This document shows positions 39,597 to 51,480 of a DNA stretch of 64,000 nucleotides, one piece after another. The position numbers were made by a program, and so were the translations under genes. Under the pieces are notes generated by a model, which was not told where the DNA came from, ran no database searches, and worked only from the letters and a program-made list of their open reading frames with translations. The DNA lies in assembly GCA_964276515.1 (NCBI GenBank), contig OZ193909.1, positions 3,782,001 to 3,846,000 of the forward strand, read 5' to 3'. Each line of letters begins with the position of its first letter. Position 1 is the first letter of the stretch. This DNA comes from Gordius albopunctatus (Eukaryota).

Positions 39597-41549
39597 TATT
39601 TATATAAATTAATAACTAATCATTTTGCATTTTATACCCCCCCCCCCCGACAGACATTTTCGTCCCTTCCCACCTTTCTCGCCCATAAAGTGCATAGCAA
39701 ATATGCTACGTTTATACGTGTAATATATAGCGTAATTAGTAATATCAGTTTTATATATACCATGTGGATTAAAATATATAATTGGTTTTTGATTTAAAAC
39801 ATATGTGAATTAGTATATTGGCGCGGTCGAGAAAAAAACTATTCTGAAAATGGAGACTGTGGGAATATCTAATTTTAAACAAGGTGATAATATTTCAATA
39901 TACATAATAGCTATCCCTAATATTTTTGAGGCTAAAAATGTGCCTAAAGCTACTCGATGCAAAATCATATTGGGATACATGGGTCAAAAGAATATTGAAA
40001 CTTTAATAAATTTCCTATACCCTGAAGATATATCCTTGCTTAAATATCAGGACTTAATAAACTTAAATAAAAAAGGTATTCCAACAAAAATGTACAATTT
40101 TCCACTCTAGATTACAATTCATGAGATGTCTTAAAAGAAATGATGAACTCTGATTGAGTATGTAACAATATTAAAATCATCTGCAGAAAATTGTGACTTC
40201 AAAACTAATTTAGATGAACGGCTCCGTGACCAACTCTTAAATGGTTATCAAAATCTATCATTGGAAATTGATGTCAGGACAAGATGGCCTGAAGCTTTAA
40301 AGAAAGAGGGCGAGGGGGTAACATTTAATGATATATACAATCTAGCTGAATCAATGGAGACAGCTAATAAAGAAGTTAACACATCACAAGATTTGAAAAA
40401 AATTCAAAATTATAAAAAACCAAATCCAATGTACTCAAATCAAAAGAATAGGTAATCAATAAAATAATTTGCTACAAAGAAGCATGAACATCAACAATCA
40501 TTCATAAGAAATTGCTATAGATGTGGTAAGTCACATGCAATGAAGCAATGTCCAGCATTTTTAAAAGAATGTTCCATATGTCATCATAGAGGACACTTTG
40601 CAAAAATGTGCAAAACCTCAAACAAAGTAAACCAGATTATTAATACAATTGGAAAAATTTATGACTTAAATAATGTAATTCACCTTAAACCATACATCCA
40701 TGTAAGGATAAATCAGAAAATTTTCAAAATGTTATATGATACTGACTAGTCAGTATCCGTAATCAACAAGAATATCTACAACATTTTAAATACACCTAAA
40801 TTAACACCATGCCCCAAGATAAAAGCTTTTGGAAATAATCCAGTTCCTATATGTGGAGAAACACAAGTCTATGTAAATTTAAACAATAAAACTTTAAAAT
40901 TAACAGCTATTGTAACAACTGTAGAAGAAGAACCCATATTTGGTTTAAATTGGATGCAAGCTTTTAACCTAAAACTCCCTCATCAAGTTAAGATTAATGC
41001 TATAGAAGAAAAACCTCAAAACATAGAAGAGGAATTGGTTGAAAAGTATACCAATGTGTTCAGTGATGGCACTGGCTGTAATAAAGATTATGAGGTAAAT
41101 CTTTTTGTAAAGGAAGAAGCCAAAGCCATAGAATTTCCTGCACGAAGAGTTTCTTTTTTACTAAGGAAGATAGTTGAAGAGGAAATTAAAAGATTATTGG
41201 ATGAAGATATAATTGAACATATTGATCCTGCAGCAACACCAATAACATGGGCAACTCCAATAGTAAATGTATTAAAATCAAATACTTCCATTAGAATCTG
41301 CGGCAATTTTCGAGTTACTATCAATCCCTTCCTAGCTTTAAACAACCATCTACTTCCGACATTTGACGATTTAATTCTGAAGATCGCAGGAGGGCAGAAA
41401 TATACAGTAATTTACTTACGTGATCCCTATCTTCAGATGAAGGTCGAAGAAAAGTTGCGACATTATCTCACTATCGCAACACATTTAGGTTATTATCTGT
41501 ATAAACGTCTTCCATTTGGACTTTCGATAGCACCAAATTTATTCCAACG

Positions 41550-44500
41550 TTCTCTTCTTCTTTATCGTGTTGAAAATCTTCCATCTGTTTGACGTCCATA
41601 TCCTTTTCGACCAGTCGTTTCCAGGTGGCACGTGGTCTGCCCCTTCCTCTTCTTCCAGGCACGTCCATCTCCAGCGTTCGGCGTGTGACATCGTCTTCGT
41701 CTCTTCGTAATACATGGCCGTACCACCGCAGTCGATTTTCTCTTAAGAAGTCCTTCGTCGCTTGTATACCCATCTTTGTCATCAAGGATTCGTTCGTCAT
41801 GCGATCCAGCTTGGTGTAGCCTAAGCTCCATCGCACCATTCTCATTTCCGTGACTTGCAAGAGTTTCTCCTCCGCGGTGGTTACAGCCCATGTTTCGCTC
41901 CCGTAAAGCAAGACCGGTCGCACGATGGTTTTGTACGCCTTGCTTTTCAAGCAAATTGGTATCTTTTTGTCACACATGACACCGGAGATGCTACGCCACT
42001 TGAGCCATGCTTTCTTGATCTGAGAATGGACTTCGGCGGTACATCCTCCTTCTTGATGTAATAGCGAGCCAAGATATGTGAACTTATCAACCTCCGTGTA
42101 GCTTGGACCGTCGATTTTGTGCATTTGCGGACTACCGCCCATCGTTTGCATGTAAACCGTTTTCTTCTCACTGACCTTTAACCCGAATTCCGAGAAACGT
42201 TCTGACCATTTTTTCGCCTGATGAAAAACCCCTTCTCTTGTTTCATCGCATAGGACAATATCGTCGGCATATAGCATAGTCCAAGGGGCTGGCTTGTGCA
42301 AGTCCTTTGTTATTGTATCCATAATTAGATTAAACAAGAATGGGCTTAACGCTGATCCTTGATGTAGTCCGATCATTATTCGGAAGGGTTTCGTTACTCC
42401 TACGGTAGTCCTAACAGATGCAACCGCGCCATTATACATTTCCTTGATAAGTCGAACATATACTTCGGGTATATTTCTGGCTCTAAGGGACCACCATATT
42501 AAGTCTCTCGGAACCGTATCATATGCCTTTTCTAAATCGATGAAGACCACGTGTAATTTCTTTCTTATGTCGCCATATTTATCCATCGTCTGCTTCAACG
42601 CAAAGATTGGGTCCATGGTTGATTTACCGGCCACAAATCCAAACTGATTGGGCGAGAGACAAACTTCGTCATTGAGCCTTTTCACTAGCACCCTTTCTAA
42701 TAGTTTTAGTGAGTGGCAGGTCAGCTTGATACCTCTAAAGTTGCCACATTCCTGTGCGTCTCCTTTACCTTTGTATATGGGTATGATCGTACTTTCCCTC
42801 CATTGGTCTGGGATACGACTCTCATACAGCATAGCGTTAAATAGGCCTGTCATTATGTCGATTTCTTCTCCTTTGCACCCAAGCCAAGCTTCGATCGGTA
42901 GATCATCGGGACCTAGCGCTTTCCCTTTCCGCATCTTCGTTAGTTGTGCTCCTATTTCATAAGCCTGAAATGGTAAAACCAAGTTCAGTTCGGTTCCACC
43001 CTCTCTAGCGGTCTTCTATCATTCGTCTTGTTCATCATATTTTGGAAATAATCTTTCCATCTTTTGATGACTTCCTTCGGTTTGCACAACGTTCGTCCCT
43101 CTTCGCTTTTAATGACTTTAAGTGTCCCGACATCTCGACTTTTTTTCTCCCTGATATTTGCGAGTTTATACATGACTATGTCGCCGCCCTTGGTATCGAG
43201 CTTGTTTGCCATCTCGGTGTAAGCGTCGTTCTTCGCTATCGCGACCGCTATCTTAGCTTTGCGTTTCGCTTCACGATATGCCTCGTAGTCTTCTCCTTTA
43301 TTCGTTTTGTACCATCGTAGGTACAACGCCTTCTTTTCTTCTATAACCTCTTTGACCGAGTCATTCCACCACTATAGTTCACGCTTGTGAGCTCTGCCGC
43401 CCTTAGTTCGTCCCAATATTTGAAAGGCCGTTTCCTTTAGAACATTTGCAACGGTGCCCCACCTTTTGTTAATGTCGCCCTCCAAGCCTGCAACCTTCAA
43501 GAGCGGAGTTGCTCGAGTGTGAAACATTTCATTTGCATGATCATCCTTAAGCTTTTCGTACTTTGTCCTTGGTGTATAGACTTTTCTCCTTACGGGAAAA
43601 ATCTTTCTTGCTATATCGAGGACAACTGGCCGATGTTGTTTGGCGATTTCTTCCCCCGGTATAACCTTGCAATCTTTAACTTGCCACAAATTTTTGCGCT
43701 TCACTAATATGTAGTCGACCTGTGTAAGGTGATTTCCACTACTGTACGTCGCTAAATGTTCGGTACGCTTCTGAAAGAAGGTAATCACAATGGCCATATC
43801 GTAAGCTTGCGCCATCTGTAGTAACTTCTCTCCCTCTTTATTTTTCACTTCATAGCCATGCCCGCCGTGATTTCGTTCGTACACGCCCCTTTCTTTCCCA
43901 GCGTGCCCAATAAAGTCTGCTCCGATGATGAGATTCTCGTCAGGCTTCACGTAGCGTATTTCTTCTTCGAGCTTCTCATAGAATTCGTCCTTCTCGTTTT
44001 CGGAACATCCAACCTGGGGCGAATACGCACAAATAACATTGACAAGGCCGCCTTGATCCGCCAGCTTTATGCACATCAATCTATCTGAGCATCGTTTGAC
44101 TTCAACTACCTTGTCCTTAAAGGAATCGCTAAGCACTATACCGACCCTGTTCTTCCGTGATGGGGAACCCGAGTAGTATAGCTTGTAACCATCTCCTAGC
44201 TCCCTGGCTTTTGTTCCATGCCACCGCGTTTCTTGTAGACACGCTATGTGTATCCTTCGCCTTTTTAGCATCTGCGCAACCTCGATGCTCTTCCCCGTCA
44301 GCGTGCCCACATTCCAGCTAGCCACTCTTGTCCGTTTGACAACTAGGTTCCTTAACCGCCTTCGTTGTGAGTGAGGCGGTGACCCTTGTATACTTTTCAC
44401 ATTGCACGGGCGGATGATGCAATGCGCGTCGTTTGGGGAGGACGCCCTAGCATTCTGGTATAAGTTCGTATTTGAAGCTGCCATGGTGTTTGGAGTTGCT

Positions 44501-44566
44501 TTTTACAGCCGGCTTCCGACCTGACGCCAACCCTCCACTTTTTTCACACGGACTTGGGACCGTCGT
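41550..44566 (-). mobile_element. Near full-length RTE-clade LINE (APE endonuclease plus RT; few disruptions) inserted antisense in the gypsy RT
   Basis: ORFs 43372-44484 (SWNVGTL, CLQETRW), 42985-43326 and 41471-42982 (FIDLEKAYD, HQGSALSP, YADD); GAA-rich 3' tail; gypsy RT stops at APNLFQR and resumes at LLDGIP..LDDI. Confidence 0.95.
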
Positions 44567-46412
44567 TAATTATTAGATGGGATTCCCCATACCAGCGTAC
44601 TTCTAGATGATATCATAGTTACAGGGGTAAATGAAAATGACCACCTGTAAATCTGAACGAAGTACTAAAGAGGGTACAGAACGCTGGTCTAAAAGCAAAA
44701 AAGAAGAAGGTTAAATTTTTCCAAAAACTCAGTTAAATACTTGGGACATGTGATTGATGAACAGGGATCCACCCGACTCAAGAGCGAGTGGAAGCCATTG
44801 TTAATGTCAAAGAACCACAAAACAAAAAAGAACTACGTTTCTTTTTAGGACTAGTTAATTATCAGGAAAGGTTCATCCCAATGCTACACCAAAAATGCGC
44901 AACCTTGCATGCATTGACGGGCTCATCACGATGTTAAACTGATGCTTTCAACGTCCAATACTTTGGTACCGTATTCAAACTCATTGCCGTTATACCTAGC
45001 GATAGATGCTTCTGAAACTGGTGTAGTTGCTGTACTATCACACTTATATGGAGACGGGTCCGAAAGAGCTATTGCGTATTGATCGGGAAGCGCGAGCCAT
45101 TGTGTTCGGTGTTCAAAAATTCAATCAATACTTACGTGGTCGTAAATTTGTATTGATGACGGATCACAAACCTCTAGAAAGATTATTCGGAAATCATCGG
45201 GATTTACCGAAAGTTATCAATAATAGATTAATTCGGTGGCCTTTATTTTTAAATGGAAATCAATACGACATAAAATACCGATCAGGAAAGAACAATCAAT
45301 GTGCTGATGCATTGTCGAGACTGCCAGATCCAAAATACCTTGAGACGGATCAGATCAATCACGTATGACTACTCATGTTAAAGTTAGATTATGAAATGCT
45401 AAAAACAACAATTAAACAAGATCCTTTTTGTCGTCAATTAATTTTAGCAATAAACCGAGAATGGCGGTTGGATTTAAAAAATGCCGTTTTGACATGAAAA
45501 CGTACTAAAATCGAATGGAGGAACTGTCATTTGAAGATGGATTATTATTGCGTTGCAATCGGTTAATAATACCGAGGAACTTACAAAAGTTGGTTTTAAA
45601 AATATTACACCAAGGACACCCCGGTATTACAGGAATGCTTAATTTAGCCCGATATTATTTTTGGTGCCCCGGAATGGACTAGAGTATTGATTTGCTTGGA
45701 AAAGAATGTGACGGTTGTCAAGAAGGCCGAAAAGCCGAACAAAGAGTTCCCTTATCTTCTTGGTCCGTACCTGACCGTCCTTGGGATCGAGTTCACATAG
45801 ATATTGCCGGACCTGTCGAATGAAATTATTGGTTGGTTTTAATTGATGCATTATCGAAATGGGTGGAGGTAGCCACACTATCGTCGATTAAAGGATCACA
45901 AATTGTGAGACAATTACGAAATTGGTTTTACAGGTTCGGTATTCCCTTGCAAATAGTATCAGATAATGGACCACAATTTGTCGGTGAAGAATTCACAAAA
46001 TTTTGTGACAACAACAACATTAAGCACGTAACATCAACTCCATACCACCCCAAAACAAATGGATTAGCTGAGAGAATGATTCGAACGCTAAAATCAAGAT
46101 ACTGGGCAGCAAGAAAATCAGGGGGAGAGAAAGAATTATGCCTTCAACAAATAATTATGACATACAGGAATACACCTCAGACAACCACGGGTAAAGCTCC
46201 AGCGGAATTGTTGTTGGGAAGAAGAATAAGGACAGCATTGGACCTTATTCGACTAGATCCGAAAGAAAAGTGGAAGGAGAGATTAGCTAAACAAAAGAGC
46301 TACCATGACCGAAAAGCGTTTTATAGGGAATTTAATGTTGGAGATCCAGTATGAATTCGGAATGAAATTAAAGCGGGCTGGTACAAAGGATTTATCATAC
46401 AACGTAAAGGCC

Positions 46413-49293
46413 CTACTATATATATAAAATTCACGTGTCACGGTGTGGGTGGTAAAATTATTCCGAAACGGCTGGACCGATTTAGATGGAAATGAAATTT
46501 ATGCGAATGCTTGGTAGGTCTGAGCTTAGGTTTTTAACTATATTCCAAATTTCTAAGTCACAAGACGGTCATGTTATTTAGTTTCAGACGTTTTGACGTT
46601 TACTAAAATGTCACTTAAACGCCACCTCATGACGTATACTGCGTATCTATTGTGTTGTGAATGTATTCTTCCGCAAATCCACCTTCTTCCAATACTCCAA
46701 ACAATTCATAGGATCTCAACAACCTTTTGAATAATATCAGGTATCAATAAATTGTTAATCTTATTGTTATATTGTAGGGTCATTACGTCCACCTTCTTCC
46801 AATACTCCAAACAATTCATAGGATCTCAACAACCTTTTGAATAATATCAGGTATCAATAAATTGTTAATCTTATTGTTATTGTAGGGTACAATTCATAGG
46901 ATCTCAACAACCTCGCAAATCCACCTTCTTCCAATACTCCAAACAATTCATAGGATCTTAACAACCTTTTGATTAATATCAGGTATCAATAAATTGTTAA
47001 TCTTATTGTTATTGTAGGGTCATTACGTCCACCTTCTTCCAATACTCTAAACAATTCATAAGATCTCAACAACCTCGCAAATCCACCTTCTTCCAATACT
47101 CCAAACAATTCATAGTTTGTTGAGATCCTATGAATTGTTTGGAGTATTGGAAGAAGGTGGTCTCAACAACCTCGCAAATCCACCTTCTTCCAATACTCCA
47201 AACAATTCATAGTTTGTTGAGATCCTATGAATTGTTTGGAGTATTGGAAGAAGGTGGTCTCAACAACCTCGCAAATCCACCTTCTTCCAATACTCCAAAC
47301 AATTCATAGGATCTCAACAACCTTTTGATTAATATCAGGTATCAATAAATTGTTAATCTTATTGTTATTGTAGGGTCATTAGTTATAATTTTCATATTTT
47401 ATTTTAAGATATGTTTAAAACACAAATAGACCATATTTAAGAATATATTTTTATTTACTAATTATAACTCTTCTGAATTTGTACCATCATTATTTAAGTT
47501 TTTAAGTCATCTATAGCAAAATCAAATGAGATTGATTTATAGTTAGGATGCCAGTTCATGCGCATTTATGATATGTAATTAAAATAATATTTAATTTTTA
47601 GAGTTTAATCTAAATTCAAGACTGAATGCACATAAATAAAAATTAAGAATATATTTTTATTTAAATTATCTATAGCAAAATCAAATGAGATTGATTTATT
47701 TGGTCAGAAAATATATTTATTCTGGGATGATTGTGAAAATAACGATTAAACTTGCAATTATTAGTCATTGGTACTATAGACAAGGAATGTCCACATTGTC
47801 ATGCACTTAAATTTAAAAATGAGGCACCAGGGATGTGTTGCGCATCAGGAAAAGTACAACTAACGTCAATTGAAGCACCACCTGAACCATTGCACGGCTT
47901 ACTAATTGGCACGGATCCTGATTCTAGCCTATTCCTAAAGTCAATTCGCACATTTAATTCATGCTTCCAAATGACATCGTTCGGAGCAACAGAAATAGTT
48001 AAAACTGATGCTGGAAACGGTCAGCTATTTAATTCAACGTTCAAAATTAAAGGCCAAGTTTTTCACAAAGTTGGCTCACTGCTGCCAATGCCAAACGGTT
48101 CCTGTAAATTTTTACAAATTTACTTTATGGGTGGTGAGGACTCTGAACGCGCACTAGCCAATCGCGTAGATGCACGTTGCGGCTACAATCACATTAATTC
48201 ACCTTTTGCCAGGCGTATCGTCAGCGATATGGACGTTCTTTTGACTGAGCACAATGAATTGTTAAAATTATTTAAAGCACACATGCCCAAATTAATAAGT
48301 GACAAACACGCTATTGTCATCTATCCTGATATTTAATGCACCTGTTGTTGACGATGTTGCTGGAATCATGATTGGCGACCGTACAGCTTCGCGCCAAATC
48401 GTGATTCGAAAAAGAGATGATAATCTACAGTTCATTCCTGATACCCACCGTTCCTATGACGCTCTCCAATATCCGCTCATTTTTTGGAAGGGGTAAGACG
48501 GTTATTTTATAAACATTAAACAACGGGATCCCCGAAATGGTATTTTATAGAACATAAAACATGACTACTCATTTTTAATTTTTTTGTATGTATCATATCA
48601 CAGGAGCTGAAACAAGCAAAAAAGTGAGCTCGATGGATTATTATGCCTATCGTTTGATGATTAGAAACGGTGAAGACAACATCATTCTAGGCTGTCGAGA
48701 GCTTTGCCATCAGTTGATTGTGGATATGTATGTGAAGATTGAGAGCGAGCGCTTACGCTTCTTACGTTATAATCAGAAAAAGCTACGTGCTGAAGAATAC
48801 ATCCACCTGCGAGACGCTATCGCTACCAACGCTGACGCTGCCGAAATTGGTAGCTCCATTATTTTACCATCATCGTACGTAGGTAGTCCGCGTCACATGC
48901 AAGAATACATACAGGATGCCATGCCTTACGTACGCGAATACGGACGACCATGTTTATTTATCATCTTTACATGTAACCCAAAATGGCAGGAAATTACATC
49001 GTTACTCTTACCAGGACAAAATTCAATACATCATCATGACATAATAACCAGTGTGTTTAAACAAAAATTAAGGTCTTTTGTTAACTTTATTACAAAATTA
49101 CACATATTTGGCCCCGCACGTTTTTGGATGTATTTGGTGGAGTGGCAAAAGCGTGGATTACCTCATGCACATATTTTGATTTGGTTCATTGACAAAATAC
49201 GCCCAGAAGACATAGATAGTATAGTATCCGCAGAAATACCAAATCCTTCTACTGATCAATTATTATTTGATATTGTCACCAAAAATATGATTC
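46413..49293 (+). mobile_element. 5' part of a Helitron (Rep domain pseudogene 47752-49298) inserted in the gypsy integrase C-terminus
   Basis: 5' end CTACTATATATATAAAA...CCGAAACGGCTGGACCGAT; CPHCHALKFKNEAPGMCCASGK, SYDALQYPL, LPSSYVGSPRHM, FTCNPKW, VEWQKRGLPHAHIL. Confidence 0.9.
46670..47380. repeat. Complex minisatellite with direct and inverted units inside the Helitron
   Basis: Core CCACCTTCTTCCAATACTCCAAACAATTCATAG occurs about 8 times forward and twice reverse-complemented, plus a repeated AATATCAGGTATCAATAAATTGTTAATC block. Confidence 0.9.
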
Positions 49294-51074
49294 AATAAAT
49301 TAAAAAATCTAATTTTGTCATTTTTTGCGCGTTAAATAAGGAGAAAAATGAAAATACTTCTAACAAAGTGCCGATAAATGTTGATATATCTCAGTCCTTC
49401 GGACATTATTAAGTTCAGAGTTAAAAGTTTTATTAAGAAACAAATAATTATAATTATGATATTGTTTCTTAATTACAAAAAATTTAAAAAAATTGCTTGA
49501 AGGGCCAGGGGGCCAAAGATTTTTCCCTTGGGGGAAGGGGCCCATGGGGCCAGGTTTTCTCTTAGGGTGGGCCTTGGGCCCTCTTTAACTATTTGTTTAA
49601 AAATTTTGCATAATAAAGACTTATCAATTATATTTGATATATTGTTAATCTATTGAAATTTATCTATAAGATGATATACTCTGCGAATACACCAGGGTAC
49701 GGGTCAGTTAGTATTCATATAATGTTCGGGTCTGATAAAGGAATTAAAAGGAAACACGCGGATCAGTTAAAATTTAGGATGCAATCCCAGTTTGTCGAAA
49801 CTAACGATACTAGTGTGGAAACGAATGGTGAAAAAGTTGCAAGTCCGATTACGTTAAGACGATCGACTATAACTGCAAAACCACCTGTACGGTTCTACGA
49901 TGAATTTCACATTTAAAATAGGGAGAAATATAATATATAGCGTAATTTGTAATATCAGTTTTATATATACCATGTGGATCAAAATATATAATTGGTTTTT
50001 GATTTAAAACATATATGTGAGTTAGTATAATACGGAGTATAGATGAGTTTTGCCCACCCCTTCCCTCCTTCACTTCCCTTCCATTCCTCCCCTTCCCCCC
50101 TCGTTATATATATATTTTTTTTCTAAGAGTCTATGTCTAACAAGAGTATGTGCAGATGGTGGGCCTCTTGGCCCATAACATCCAATAAAGCTTTTGATCT
50201 TTAAGAGATCTCTTTTAACATATCATAAACATATCAAATAGTAATTAAAAGCGCGCACCTATATACAAACCATTTCGCAAAGATGTGTGGGGTAATTGCA
50301 CCTGTGATTTCAGAATGTCATTATGCAAAGAAGACTAAATCACCGTGAAAACTCAATTAACTATATAATTTAAATTACAATATTAAGCAAGCATTCTTTT
50401 ATTTTGAAGTATTTCTATATTTCTTTGTCACTGTACATAAATGCCATGATGATAAAACGAACTGGCGTGTTAGTTCTTTCTTTTTTTACAAATGATTACA
50501 ATTTGAAAAATATGCATTGCATCTTTTATATTCTTTTTGGTTTACTCTCTTTATTGAAAGTTATTTCTTTAAATTTAATTTAAATGAAAAATAATTTTAC
50601 CGGTACCTACGCCCCGCAGCTTTAAACAAATTAGGCAGGTTTCTTTCTCTATGGAACTCATTCTATGCAAAGATAGCGATACAATTGATGACCGGATACT
50701 AGATCTTCGGCAAAACGGACTCTATTTGGCTTAATACTTCACTTGTTCCAATCCTTTCGCCCGTCTTACCAAAACAATCCTCACTTTCGCCGAGAACCTG
50801 GAAATGTCAAAATCATTGGCAAAATATTTAAAATTACGGAAGCTTATTCCTTTGCTCTTTCCTTCCCATTCTTTTTTATTAAGACTGGAAATTGCTAGAA
50901 ATTTACGTGCTGAATTATTTTTTTAATTAATTAGAACATTATTTTTACTTTATAAGTATATAAGTAACATTATATCAAAAATTCTATATCATATTAATAT
51001 GGTCCGCAAATCCTTTTATTTACAAATATTTATAATATGTACACTTGTCGTAGTAAATAAATAAAATATAATAT

Positions 51075-51480
51075 ATCGATCGGATAAGGTAAATGTTGAA
51101 CGATGGCCGGAGAAATTAATCTGTACAATCCATAGTCTGGAATGGGTAACGTATACGGGCAAAGGAAGGAATCGGATTAAGGAACGTCTGGCTCTTGTTA
51201 GATAATTGCCGCTGGACCGTATGTCTAAAATAAGAAATGAACATATCCTCCCGCAGGACTAATGTGTCCCGATTAGAAAACTAAATATCTACTCCCGCCG
51301 GACTAAAATAACAAATTAAATAACATATTATATCATGGTCCAATTCTCGCTATTTAAACCTTGACGATGCTCTTCTCATTTGCATGAGGGATGCCTCCCG
51401 ACAGTTCGATGTACTGCACATCTCCACTAATTTGAGGCCTGCTTTTTACATATTCGTCTGGTTATCATTAGTGCCCATTA
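51075..51480 (+). repeat. Unclassified dispersed repeat; other copies near 37990-38150 and 63660-64000
   Basis: Shared GCTATTTA(A/C)ACC..G.CGATG...TTCTCA(A)TTTGCAT(G)AGGGATGCC...GACAG in all three copies. Confidence 0.65.

Larger units (their letters stand above)
39719..50029 (+). mobile_element. Ty3/gypsy element with about 100-bp LTRs (39719-39817, 49929-50029), hosting nested RTE and Helitron insertions
   Basis: ATACG TSD (39714-39718, 50030-50034); PBS TGGCGCGGTCG at 39819; PPT AAAATAGGGAGAAA; gag CYRCG/CSICHHRGH, protease YDTD, RT YKRLPFGL and LDDI, integrase SDNGPQF and NGLAERMI. Confidence 0.9.

Noticed and set aside
46670..47380. Possible CRISPR array
   Set aside because: Spacers are themselves repeated, units are irregular and partly inverted, there are no cas genes, and the context is a eukaryotic Helitron.
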